The notes under the pieces were generated by a model. It ran no database searches, was not told the origin of the DNA, and worked only from the letters and a program-made list of their open reading frames with translations. This document shows positions 9,749-18,865 of a stretch of 64,000 bases of DNA, piece by piece. The stretch comes from Spirochaetia bacterium (GTDB lineage Bacteria; Spirochaetota; Spirochaetia; DSM-2461). The position numbers were made by a program, and so were the translations under genes. The stretch covers positions 1,216,001 to 1,280,000 of the forward strand of contig OY764216.1 of NCBI GenBank assembly GCA_963668315.1. The letters run 5' to 3'. Numbering within the stretch: the stretch's first letter is position 1; each line of letters opens with the position of its first letter.

Positions 9749-11295
9749 GAGTTCTTTCCTGTGCTTTCTATGGATTCTTCACCGGAGGACGTCATGAGCC
9801 TTCCCACTTCATCCTTCGTTGCCTTCCGGGCATCCAGCCTGCCGGTAATGCGGCCGTTGTTCATCACGATGATTTTGTCGCAGAGCTCCAGCAGAACATC
9901 GAGATCTTCGATGACGCAGATGACGGCCACACCCTTTTTCTTCTCCTCATTCAGAAGATTATAGATGTTGTAGGATGAGTGAATATCCAGACCCCTCACG
10001 GGATAGGCGACAAGAAGAACCTCCGGCTTGGCGGAAATCTCCCGTCCGACCAGTACTTTCTGAACGTTGCCTCCCGAGAGGTGGCGCACGGGCGTTTCTG
10101 TTCCGGGAGTGGAAATTTCCAGCAGCTCGATAAGCTCCTCGGCTCTTTTCCGGGGGGCCGTTCTTTCCACGAAGGGGGAGTTGCCGTCCTGGTAACTTCT
10201 GAGCATCACATTATCGGTCATGCCCATGGAGCCTACCAGCCCCATTCCCAGCCTGTCCTCGGGAACGAACGAGACGGCCACGCCCAGCTTGCGGATCTGC
10301 GAGGGATCCATGCCGTTGAGGAGGTACTCCTGCCCGTCCTCCCGGTAGTAGTGGACGCTGCCCGATTTAATTTCCTGTATTCCGGCGATCGCCTCGAGGA
10401 GCTCTTTCATACCGCTTCCCGAAATCCCGGCGATACCGAGCATTTCCCCGCTTCTCGCCTCGAAGGAGACATGGTCCAGCTTCTTCTGGCCGTCGATCGT
10501 CTTATAGAGCAGATCGTCGACTTTGAGCTTCAGTTCCTGGCCGACAGGTTCGTCACGCTGTATGTCCAGGCTTAGCTTCTCCCCGACCATGCTTTCGGCC
10601 AGATTCTGCACGGTACACTCCTCGGTGAGGAGGGTGCCCGCATTCTGTCCCTTCCTCAGGATGGCGACCCGGTCGGAGATAGCCAGAACTTCCTGCAGCT
10701 TATGGGTTATGATAATTATCGATTTTCCCGCCTTCTTCATATTCCGAAGCACGGTGAAGAGCTTATCCGTCTCCTGGGGAGTCAGAACCGCCGTGGGTTC
10801 ATCCAGAATAAGAACATCGGCTCCTCGATAGAGAGCCTTGACTATTTCAACGGTCTGTTTCTGTGAAACGGACATTTCGTATATTTTCTGATTCAGATCC
10901 AGTTCAAATCCATAGGAGTCTATGATTTTCCGGATATTTTCGATGATATGCGGCATATCAAGGAGACGTTTTCCCTTGAGGCCTAAAACGATGTTTTCCG
11001 CCGCGGTAAAAATATTCACCAGCGTGTAGTGCTGATGGACCATGCCGATATTCAAGGCCAGAGCGTCCTTGGGGGAACGGATATCGACAGGATTTCCCTT
11101 CACGTAGATCTCCCCTTCGTCGGGGCGGTAGATTCCGGAAAGGATATTCATGAGAGTCGTCTTCCCGCTTCCGTTTTCACCGAGAATCGACAGTATCTGG
11201 TGCTTTTTTACAGTCAGATCGACATTTTCGTTAGCAGTAACAGCTCCAAAGCGTTTGGTGATACCGCGTAACTCTATAACATTATCATTATCCAA
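9745..11295 (-). CDS. ABC transporter ATP-binding protein with two fused NBDs
   Basis: Walker A GENGSGKT, LILDEPT, second-domain LSGGNVQK. Confidence 0.95.
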   Translation of the reverse strand: MDNDNVIELRGITKRFGAVTANENVDLTVKKHQILSILGENGSGKTTLMNILSGIYRPDEGEIYVKGNPVDIRSPKDALALNIGMVHQHYTLVNIFTAAENIVLGLKGKRLLDMPHIIENIRKIIDSYGFELDLNQKIYEMSVSQKQTVEIVKALYRGADVLILDEPTAVLTPQETDKLFTVLRNMKKAGKSIIIITHKLQEVLAISDRVAILRKGQNAGTLLTEECTVQNLAESMVGEKLSLDIQRDEPVGQELKLKVDDLLYKTIDGQKKLDHVSFEARSGEMLGIAGISGSGMKELLEAIAGIQEIKSGSVHYYREDGQEYLLNGMDPSQIRKLGVAVSFVPEDRLGMGLVGSMGMTDNVMLRSYQDGNSPFVERTAPRKRAEELIELLEISTPGTETPVRHLSGGNVQKVLVGREISAKPEVLLVAYPVRGLDIHSSYNIYNLLNEEKKKGVAVICVIEDLDVLLELCDKIIVMNNGRITGRLDARKATKDEVGRLMTSSGEESIESTGKNS

Positions 11296-11339
11296 GAGAC
11301 TGCTCCGTTCTTCATATTTTTCTTTATTTTAAATGGGAA

Positions 11340-11371
11340 CACCCCGGGCCGTCCAGAGACGGTCCGGGGTG
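11340..11371 (-). terminator. Intra-operon stem-loop downstream of the BMP gene
   Basis: CACCCCGG-GCCGTC-CAGA-GACGGT-CCGGGGTG inverted repeat between the binding-protein and ATPase genes. Confidence 0.6.
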
Positions 11372-11402
11372 AAGAATCATTAATATTTCTGTTTAATGAT
11401 TA

Positions 11403-12596
11403 TTAGTTCGTCAGCTCTTTAATACCGTCGATTCTCAGATCGAAGGCGGGAGCGGAAGCCAGTTCCTGCTCATGGAAATAGCCGTCGGAAACATAGTCGG
11501 CGTATTTGGCGAAATCTCCGCCGGCCGCAATCAGATCTTCCAGGGACTTTCCGCCTACGGTGAAGGAGGAGGTGGCGAATACATGAACATCACCGGACTT
11601 GATGCCGGCGATGACGGCATCAACCTTTTCCTGGGTTCCGGCAGCGGCTACATTGGCGTTGATGGGAGTGATAAAAACGGCGTCCTCTGCATATCCTCTG
11701 GACCACTCGACGGGGATCGTATCGCCGTTTTTCACAGCGGTGGCAGCCATGGTGTAGTAGGGACCGTAGTTGAGGGCCGCGGAAGTGATGGCGGCATTGG
11801 GAGCTACGGCGGTCATGTCGACATTGTAGCCGACAATGGGAATGTCGTTCGCTTCACAGGCCGTGGGAGCACCGGTGGTATCGGCGTGCTGGCTGATCAG
11901 TACGCAGCCTTCGGCGATGAGTGCGTCGGCGGTCTCTTTCTCGAGGGTCATGTCGGCCCAGCTGTTGGTGTAGCGGACAACCATGGTGGCGCTGGGGCAT
12001 ACGCTCCTTACGCCGAGGAAGAAGGACGTGTAACCGCTGACAACCTCTGCATAGGGATAGGCGCCTACGTAACCGAGTTTAACGGCGTCGGCGGAAAATT
12101 TGCCTTCGGCGATCAGCTCGTTCAGCTTCAGACCGGCGGCAACACCGGAGACGAATCTGGACTGGTATACGGAGGGCATGAAGTTATGCATGTTGGCAAG
12201 TCCGCTCATGGCAGCCTGATAGCCGGTGGCATGGCAGAACTGTACTTCGGGGAACTCTTTGGCTGCCTGGATCATGTAGTCCTCGTGGCCGAAGCTGTTG
12301 GCAATGATCAGGGTACAACCCTGGGAAGCGAGATCCACAGCGGCATCGTAACAGGTCTCATCTTCGGGAATATTGGTTTTCTCGATAACCTGAGAATCGG
12401 AGAGGCCCAGAGCTGCTTTCATCTCTGCGATGCCCTTCATGTGGGCTTCGGTATAGCCTTCGTTTTCATCGCCGACATAAATAGCGCCTACCTTCAGGCC
12501 GCCTTTTTTGTCCGAATCGCTTGATCCGTTGGCAAAAATCATGCCCATTGCGAAAAATGTTGCCACAGCAACGACAAGAAGTTTTTTTCGACTCAT
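11403..12596 (-). CDS. BMP-family (purine nucleoside-type) ABC substrate-binding protein
   Basis: KVGAIYVGD..EGYT..H, NSFGHED, ISQHADT motifs. FANG signal peptide. Confidence 0.92.
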   Translation of the reverse strand: MSRKKLLVVAVATFFAMGMIFANGSSDSDKKGGLKVGAIYVGDENEGYTEAHMKGIAEMKAALGLSDSQVIEKTNIPEDETCYDAAVDLASQGCTLIIANSFGHEDYMIQAAKEFPEVQFCHATGYQAAMSGLANMHNFMPSVYQSRFVSGVAAGLKLNELIAEGKFSADAVKLGYVGAYPYAEVVSGYTSFFLGVRSVCPSATMVVRYTNSWADMTLEKETADALIAEGCVLISQHADTTGAPTACEANDIPIVGYNVDMTAVAPNAAITSAALNYGPYYTMAATAVKNGDTIPVEWSRGYAEDAVFITPINANVAAAGTQEKVDAVIAGIKSGDVHVFATSSFTVGGKSLEDLIAAGGDFAKYADYVSDGYFHEQELASAPAFDLRIDGIKELTN

Positions 12597-12672
12597 AATC
12601 TTTCCATCCTTTCTTCAATAAATAGTGAATATTTATACAGAGTATCTCTCTCCCTGTAAAAAATAACAAGAG

Positions 12673-12687
12673 GATTATGCCATAATC
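12673..12687. promoter_or_regulatory. Putative operator palindrome for the BMP operon
   Basis: Perfect GATTATG-C-CATAATC just downstream of a minus-strand TATAAT (12694-12699). Confidence 0.45.
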
Positions 12688-12798
12688 TCACGCATTATAT
12701 AAGTGTGACATTCAATTTTTTTTGAGAAAAACACCCTGTCATCAATAAATATTCACTTTCGGAAGTGACGGACGCGGTATAGGGACGCCCCCCGGCCG

Positions 12799-13485
12799 CT
12801 AGTCGTTCTTTTTCTTCTCCACCCTCCGGAAGGCATCGGCCCATGTCACGAAAGCCGGGGCGAGCCGGGTCTGAATCCAGATTTTTCCTTCGCCGGAGAA
12901 GCGGCAGACCAGTCCCTCCTTGGAAAAGAAGAGGCTTTTCAGGCCTCCCACGGGGCGGACATCGTAGCTCAGGCCTCCGGTGAATCCGACGATGTAGCCC
13001 GTATCCACCACATAATTGTTTTTCACGTCGATTTCTATGATTCCCCCGAAGGAGTTGAACCAGAGGTCTCCCGTGCCGGAGCACTTGACCATAAAGAGCT
13101 TCTCCCCGGAGAAAAAGCCCTTGAACCCCTGGAAATCTATGGACACGTCAAGCTCCGGGGAGGAGGCCAGGTAGGCGGAGTTCTGGACGCAGACGGTTTC
13201 GTTCTCCAGATAGACGTGCTGAATGTCTCCCGGCGTTCCCGGAGCTATTCCTATGTCGGCGGGCGTATCGGCTGCGGTGAATTCGTTGACGAAAAGATTC
13301 TCCCCGGAGAGCATTCTCTTGAATCCCCCGCCCATTCTGGTTTTCATCTTGAGGGAGGAGTCCATATAAGCCATGGAGGAGGCTTCGGCCTTGAGGGTTT
13401 TGCCCGGGGGAATGGTCACATTGACCATGGCGTAATCGGGCGCACCCGCCACGGTAAAGGTATAATCGCTTTTATCGTTTGTCAT
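12799..13485 (-). CDS. TIGR00266/AIM24 family protein (copy 3)
   Basis: AEASSM, GENLFVNEFTA, VVDTGYIVGF, EGLVCRFSGEGKIWIQTR. Confidence 0.9.
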   Translation of the reverse strand: MTNDKSDYTFTVAGAPDYAMVNVTIPPGKTLKAEASSMAYMDSSLKMKTRMGGGFKRMLSGENLFVNEFTAADTPADIGIAPGTPGDIQHVYLENETVCVQNSAYLASSPELDVSIDFQGFKGFFSGEKLFMVKCSGTGDLWFNSFGGIIEIDVKNNYVVDTGYIVGFTGGLSYDVRPVGGLKSLFFSKEGLVCRFSGEGKIWIQTRLAPAFVTWADAFRRVEKKKND

Positions 13486-13495
13486 GTGGGACTCC

Positions 13496-14194
13496 TTACT
13501 GTTTTTTGGGGGTCAGGTGGGGGGTGAGAAGGGTTCCGAAAGAACGGTCCGCATGGGTCTGGCACCAGACGGTTCCCTTTCCTTTAAAACGGCAGACGAG
13601 GCCTTCCCCTCCCAGAAAGGAGGAGAACCAGCTTTTTCCCGCCTTGCCGATGGAGAAGTCCAGGGTCTCTTCGAAGGCGGCGATATTGCCGGTATCCACG
13701 ATATACTCCCCGTCCACTTCCACGGGGTAGATCATCCCGAAGGCGTTGATTACCACCTGCCCTGTACCGGACATGGCCAGCCAGATCATGTTTTCCCCGG
13801 AGAAGGCGTTCTTGAAGCCTTCCCAGGAGATATTCATATCGATGCCGGCGCTGTGGGCGACAAAGGAGCCGTTCTGCACTTTGATCCGACGGGAGCCGTC
13901 CAGGGCTATCACTTCCATGTCTCCGGGAAGAGGAGGGGCGAGGAACACGTCTCCTCCGTTCGGTCCGGCGGTAAAATGGTTCATGAAGAGCCCCTCTCCG
14001 GCCAGTTTCCGGGCGAGACCCTTCAGCATCTTGCCGAAACCGCCGCCCCCGTCTTTCTTGCTTACCGAAGTTTCCACGTTCACGTCGCCGGACATGGCGA
14101 TCATGGCGCCCCCTTCGGCTGTGAAATGCTCGCCCCCTTCCAGGGAGACTTTGGCCGCCGTGTTGGAGGGCCGTTCCATTATTTCTACTTTCAT
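13496..14194 (-). CDS. TIGR00266/AIM24 family protein (copy 2)
   Basis: AEGGAMIAMS, GEGLFMNHFTA, IVDTGNIAAF, GEGLVCRFKGKGTVWCQT. Confidence 0.9.
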   Translation of the reverse strand: MKVEIMERPSNTAAKVSLEGGEHFTAEGGAMIAMSGDVNVETSVSKKDGGGGFGKMLKGLARKLAGEGLFMNHFTAGPNGGDVFLAPPLPGDMEVIALDGSRRIKVQNGSFVAHSAGIDMNISWEGFKNAFSGENMIWLAMSGTGQVVINAFGMIYPVEVDGEYIVDTGNIAAFEETLDFSIGKAGKSWFSSFLGGEGLVCRFKGKGTVWCQTHADRSFGTLLTPHLTPKKQ

Positions 14195-14207
14195 CGAATC
14201 GCTCCTT

Positions 14208-14879
14208 TTAACGGAATTTGGGATTAAGCCAGGAGGCCAGGCCCTTGATGCTGCGGGTCTGTATATAGACTTTTCCTGTTCCGACGACCCTCGTGACGAA
14301 ACCTTCCCCTCCGAAGAGGCTGGAGAAGAGCCCGCCCGCCAGGGCCACTTTGAGTTTAAGCGCCGGATCGAAGGCCACCAGGTGACCGTCGTCCACTTTC
14401 AATTCACCCGTGATCTGCCTCTCTATGATGGCTCCGTAGGCGCCGAAGAAGAGGGAGCCCGGGCCGTGGGCCGCGACTTTGAGCTTGATTAATCCCTCGC
14501 CGGAGAACCAGGAGACGAATCCGGCCCATACCGTGTTGAGCTTCAGGTCTCCCGTGTGGGCCAGATAGGCCCCTTTCTGCAGGCTGAGAATATCGCCTTC
14601 CGCCATCACGTGCTCCCGTATCTCGCCGGGGACGTCCTGGGAAAGGGTGACTCTCATGGTGCCGCTTCCGTTGTTGGTAAAGCGGTTGACGATGAACGAT
14701 TCCCCTCCGAACCATTTCTTTCCCAGGCCGGAGAAAAAACCGCCGTTGGTGACGGCTTTCATGTCCATTTCGGCGGACATGGACTGCATGGCTCCGCTTT
14801 CTGCGGTAACCGTTTCCCCCGGTTCGAGGTCCACATGGACGTGGCTGAATGAGGGACTGCCGTTGATTTGAGCTTTCAT
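14208..14879 (-). CDS. TIGR00266/AIM24 family protein (copy 1)
   Basis: AESGAMQSMS, GGESFIVNRFT, VDDGHLVAF, GEGFVTRVVGTGKVYIQTR. Confidence 0.9.
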   Translation of the reverse strand: MKAQINGSPSFSHVHVDLEPGETVTAESGAMQSMSAEMDMKAVTNGGFFSGLGKKWFGGESFIVNRFTNNGSGTMRVTLSQDVPGEIREHVMAEGDILSLQKGAYLAHTGDLKLNTVWAGFVSWFSGEGLIKLKVAAHGPGSLFFGAYGAIIERQITGELKVDDGHLVAFDPALKLKVALAGGLFSSLFGGEGFVTRVVGTGKVYIQTRSIKGLASWLNPKFR

Positions 14880-15076
14880 TCTTTGACTCCTGAATGGGGT
14901 TCCCGTTCCGAAGGACGGAGCGTTCCCCTTGGATAAATTGGTATATCTCCTTTTACTATTGTTATACAGCGGGGAGAATAATGCAAATTAAAAGCCTATG
15001 AGCCAGGGATTGTACCGGAAATGAGCCCGGACTTCCCGGCGGGAGCCGGAAAGGAAGGCCGGATCGGCGAATTGGA

Positions 15077-15112
15077 GGGGAAAGCCCGCCCCGCTCAGGC
15101 GGGGGGCTCCCC
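15077..15112 (-). terminator. GC-rich stem-loop after the HDAC gene (terminator or REP-like)
   Basis: GGGG..AGCCC-GCCCCGC-TCAG-GCGGGG-GGCT-CCCC, a few bases past the stop codon. Confidence 0.4.
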
Positions 15113-15120
15113 TGTGAAAA

Positions 15121-16146
15121 TTATCGGCGGGCGGTTCGGGCGAGTCTCTCTTTGAGGACCCACGCGAGGAAGGCGGTGTGGATTTCCCAGGAGGTTCGTC
15201 CGTAGCCGCCGGCGGCCACCCAGGCGGAGGGGAGGGAGCGGTCCTGAACGAAGCGGTAGAGGGCCTGGTCCCGTTCGAGCATCTGGGCGCGGGTCAGGTT
15301 GATGGGGTCGGAAGAGGCCAGTTCGTCCCCTTCGAAGGGATCCACGCCGGCCACGACGAATACCAGGTCGGGGAGGCCCTTTTCCTTTTCCAGCTGTTCC
15401 ATGGCCGCTATGAGGCGGGGGGTGTACTCGGCCTCTTCTCCCGATTCGATGGGAATGTCGATATCGCCGGGGAACCAGCCGGGGTTTCTGCTGCCGTCGG
15501 CGCTGAATTCGGGGACGTCCAGGGGCCAGCCGGAGGCCATGTGGATGCTCAGGGCTGTTATGTTCTCATTCTTTGACATGATTTCGGCGGTGCCGTCTCC
15601 CCGGTGGGCGTCCACGTCTATGATCCAGGCGGTTCGGATGAGGCCTTCGGCCTGCGCCTTGAGAAGGGCGACCGAGACGTCGTTCAGCACGCAGAACCCG
15701 TGGCCGAAGCCGGGATGGGCGTGGTGCATGCCGCCGCTCATGGCATAGCAGAAGTTCCCGGCAAGGGCCGTTTCTATGCAGCGGTAGGTGCCGCTTATCA
15801 CATGGAGCACATCGTCAAGCAGATCGGTGAGGGGAGCCTTGGCGTTGGCGGGATTGTAGCGGTGGTAGCTGCCGTCCTCGCCGATCAGTTCATAGGCGGC
15901 CATGAGCAGCTCTTCCAGGCGGCCGCTGTAGAGGCCGTTCACGTACTCTTCGGTGTGCGCCCGGAGAAGGTCGGAGCGGTCTATGACTTGGGGAATCTCC
16001 TCCAGAAGCCATTCGGAGGCGCGGGGCCCCAGTTCCGGATCGTTCTTCAGAGCGTTGAGCGTATTGATGCCCCGGGTCGGCAGGGAGGGAATCTCTATGC
16101 CGTAATGGGGAAAGTCTACGTGGACATTTTCGTTAAAGAGTACCAT
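15121..16146 (-). CDS. Zn-dependent histone deacetylase family amidohydrolase
   Basis: GGMHHA, GFCVLND, DVDAHRGDGT, GVDP..GD, GGY motifs. Confidence 0.92.
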   Translation of the reverse strand: MVLFNENVHVDFPHYGIEIPSLPTRGINTLNALKNDPELGPRASEWLLEEIPQVIDRSDLLRAHTEEYVNGLYSGRLEELLMAAYELIGEDGSYHRYNPANAKAPLTDLLDDVLHVISGTYRCIETALAGNFCYAMSGGMHHAHPGFGHGFCVLNDVSVALLKAQAEGLIRTAWIIDVDAHRGDGTAEIMSKNENITALSIHMASGWPLDVPEFSADGSRNPGWFPGDIDIPIESGEEAEYTPRLIAAMEQLEKEKGLPDLVFVVAGVDPFEGDELASSDPINLTRAQMLERDQALYRFVQDRSLPSAWVAAGGYGRTSWEIHTAFLAWVLKERLARTARR

Positions 16147-17011
16147 AGGGGTGTTCCTCCTGCCTTTTTGCCCACTGGGCGGGATCGGCTGTGTAGGCGT
16201 TGAATTTTTCGATCAGGGCGAATGTCTGTTCTCCGGGAATGCCTCTCCCGACAGGCGTATCGTCAATTTTTATAATGGGAATGATCTCCTTGGTGGAGGA
16301 TGTCATGAAGGCCTCCTCCGTCTGCGGCAGATCGCTCAGGTTCAGAGGGCCTTCGGCCAGCTCCGCTTCGGGGATGAGGCCCATGATAACCGAGCGGGTG
16401 ATGCCCACCAGGATATTGTCCTTGGGGGTGATCCATTTGCCTCCGATTCTAAAGAATACATTGGCCCGGGTCGTTTCGTATATCTCGCCGTTGGAGCCGG
16501 TGTAGAGCGCGTCGAAGGCGTCCCGTGATTCGGCTTCGCGCAGGGCGTCCATGGCGGGGATGTAGTTGTTTGTCTTGACTTCGGCCCGGTAGCGCAGATG
16601 GGGAAAGGTGATGAGGGAGATGCCCTCGCACTGTTTCTTCTCCAGATCCTTTCGGTCCCCTTTGTAGGGTTCCACCAGAAGGTAGAGGGTGTTCTTGTCG
16701 GTGGGCATCATGGAGGAGGGGCTTTCCCCGCCCAGGCAGACCATACGGATGGAGGACTCTTCGTATCCGTTGCGTTTTACCAGCTCGCGGATAATGCTTT
16801 CCACCTCTTCCAGGGGATAGGCTATGTTCAGATGCATCTTCCCGGCGGATATGTAAAAACGGCGCAGATGGTCTTTCAGATGGAACGGTTTGTTCCCGTA
16901 GGTCCGTAAAAAGTCGAAGACGCCGTATCCCCGTAAAATGCCCACATCCCGGGCGGAAATATTCAATTCTTTCTCGTCGCAGAATCTTCCGTTAATCCAA
17001 GCTTCAGCCAT
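16133..17011 (-). CDS. Class IV PLP aminotransferase (branched-chain/D-amino acid type)
   Basis: RGYGVFD, H..RF, PLP lysine in VKTNNY, ILVGITR, EEAFMTSS. Confidence 0.92.
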   Translation of the reverse strand: MAEAWINGRFCDEKELNISARDVGILRGYGVFDFLRTYGNKPFHLKDHLRRFYISAGKMHLNIAYPLEEVESIIRELVKRNGYEESSIRMVCLGGESPSSMMPTDKNTLYLLVEPYKGDRKDLEKKQCEGISLITFPHLRYRAEVKTNNYIPAMDALREAESRDAFDALYTGSNGEIYETTRANVFFRIGGKWITPKDNILVGITRSVIMGLIPEAELAEGPLNLSDLPQTEEAFMTSSTKEIIPIIKIDDTPVGRGIPGEQTFALIEKFNAYTADPAQWAKRQEEHPYGTL

Positions 17012-17075
17012 GATGGGATCCTCCTTTTCTCATTGTAATCCCAAAGGCTGGGGAGGGACAAGTTGGGGCGGCTTT

Positions 17076-17585
17076 CTAAGGGGCTCTCCTGATCTTTTTT
17101 TCATAACAGTAGTAATCCTGGCTGGTGCCGGTCAGTCTCATTATCCCCGACTTAATGTAACCGCTTCTTGTAAAGAGAGTATTCATGGCGACGTTACGGC
17201 TGCACGTATCGGATCTGATATAATTAAGATTCAACCCGGCGGCCCTTTCTTCGGCGAATTGAAAGAGTTCCTTCGCCAGACCCCTGCCATGAAAGAGAGG
17301 ATTCACCGCCATTCTATGGATAACGAGAGCCGGCTCATCCCCACTCCATTGAATCTCGGCGTACTCATCCGGCTCATGCTGATTGAGACAGACTACGGAT
17401 TTTATGATTCCGCCGCTCTGCGAATCGACAAACAAATTCTCCGCAAGAATATCATCGTAAAAATCTTTATGGACCGGATAACTGCTGTTCCATTGTTCAT
17501 TTCCGTCGTTCTGCATAAGCACTATCGCTTCACTTACGATACCGAGGATCGCTTCCATATCTTCCATTTTCGCATGGCGAATCAT
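17076..17585 (-). CDS. GNAT N-acetyltransferase
   Basis: IHRMAV.P.FHGRGLA acetyl-CoA motif, DT...N..M. ATG overlaps the marR stop (ATGA). Confidence 0.88.
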   Translation of the reverse strand: MIRHAKMEDMEAILGIVSEAIVLMQNDGNEQWNSSYPVHKDFYDDILAENLFVDSQSGGIIKSVVCLNQHEPDEYAEIQWSGDEPALVIHRMAVNPLFHGRGLAKELFQFAEERAAGLNLNYIRSDTCSRNVAMNTLFTRSGYIKSGIMRLTGTSQDYYCYEKKIRRAP

Positions 17586-18040
17586 ATCACCCCTCCTTTC
17601 TTTCCCTTCATCCACTCATCTTCAATATTGGCGCGCATTTTTTTTACCAGCCCAGTTACCTGTTTCTGTTCTTCCTTTGAAAAATTGCAAAAAGTTCCGG
17701 AAATGAAATGCTCTTCCTTCTCGATAAGTTTCTCATATATCTTTTTTGCCGCCTCTGTCGGATAGAGCCTCAGCATCCGATTATCCAAGCCGTCCTGTCT
17801 CTTTTCGATATAGCCTGATCTGATCAGTTTTTGTACAGCCTTGGTCGTGGTACCCTTATCTATATGCAATAATTGGGTTAACTGGGCATGATTCAACCCT
17901 GGGTTTTCACATATTCTTGTGATGAACATGAATTGCCCTTTCTGGAGATTGACGGTTTTGAATGAAATATCACTCATGGTTTGAATCATGCGGGACAGAG
18001 CGCCGATCTCACGATATATATCACTGCTTAGTTCTGCCAT
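17582..18040 (-). CDS. MarR family transcriptional regulator
   Basis: L.KGQFMFITRICENPG, IDKGTTTKAVQKL, D.R...LYPT. ATG at 18040 follows GGAGG. Confidence 0.92.
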   Translation of the reverse strand: MAELSSDIYREIGALSRMIQTMSDISFKTVNLQKGQFMFITRICENPGLNHAQLTQLLHIDKGTTTKAVQKLIRSGYIEKRQDGLDNRMLRLYPTEAAKKIYEKLIEKEEHFISGTFCNFSKEEQKQVTGLVKKMRANIEDEWMKGKKGGVI

Positions 18041-18054
18041 ATCCCCTCCATGAA

Positions 18055-18072
18055 TAGTTGAATGTTCAACTA
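18055..18072. promoter_or_regulatory. Putative MarR operator
   Basis: Perfect palindrome TAGTTGAA-TG-TTCAACTA just upstream of the marR start. A weaker copy lies at about 18087-18102. Confidence 0.65.
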
Positions 18073-18202
18073 AAATACAGGAAAAAGGTTGAAAGGTCAA
18101 TTCATTCTTCCGGGATTTCCGTTTTTCCCTCGGCATTGACTATTTTGATTATTTCCATAAATTTGTGGCTTTAACCTATTATGAAAAGGCAGGGGGACAG
18201 GA

Positions 18203-18739
18203 ATGGAAATCATGGCAAAAAGAAGGAGTATCAGAAAATATAAAGATATTCCCGTGGATGAACCGCTCTTATTCAAAATGATAGAAAGTGCCTCCCTTGC
18301 TCCTTCCGGCAGCAATACACAGCCCTGGCACTTTATTATTGTCAATGATTCGGAAGTAAAAAACAGGGTAGTCCGGGTCTCCCATAAGCAGAAGTGGATG
18401 CTTTCCGCCCCTGTTTTTATTGTCTGCGTTGCTGATATTCAGTCAAGAATCGAGGATACGGAAGGAATATGCCTGGATGAGGAGACTTCTCTTTTTGAAC
18501 TGAAGCAGATTATCCGGGACACGTCCATAGCGGCTCAGCATATAGTTCTGGAGGCTGAAGAACTGGGTCTGGGAACATGCTGGGTGGCCTGGTATAGTCA
18601 AAAGGAAATCAGAAAGGTCTTGAATATCCCGCAGGACAAATATGTCGTGGGAATCATAACGGCAGGCTATGCCGACGAGAGCCCAAAACCCCGCCCCCGG
18701 AAGGATTACATGGGGTTAATACACAGAAATCAATGGTAA
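18203..18739 (+). CDS. Nitroreductase family protein
   Basis: RRSIRKY, APSGSNTQPWHF, LGLGTCW. Confidence 0.93.
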   Translation: MEIMAKRRSIRKYKDIPVDEPLLFKMIESASLAPSGSNTQPWHFIIVNDSEVKNRVVRVSHKQKWMLSAPVFIVCVADIQSRIEDTEGICLDEETSLFELKQIIRDTSIAAQHIVLEAEELGLGTCWVAWYSQKEIRKVLNIPQDKYVVGIITAGYADESPKPRPRKDYMGLIHRNQW

Positions 18740-18865
18740 CATTGTATTTAGTGTTCCCATTCTTTGACATGGATCTTCTATCGTAGTTTAATTCCCGAAA
18801 TCATATGACTATGCTCTGATCATTCCCCCAGAAAATAATATATACTCACCTGTACGGAGGTTCAT

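Noticed and set aside
12631..12705. Purine-riboswitch-like leader: the minus strand reads CACTTATATAATGCGTGAGATTATGGCA upstream of a nucleoside transporter
   Set aside because: Only the 5' half resembles the aptamer. P2 pairs poorly, and the UUUCUACC junction and CCGUAAA loop are missing. A -10 box plus operator palindrome explains the sequence better. An Infernal search with RF00167 would settle it.
14940..14953. Strong RBS-like AAGGAGATATACC on the minus strand upstream of the AIM24 operon
   Set aside because: No start codon at a usable spacing, so a leader peptide is not supported.
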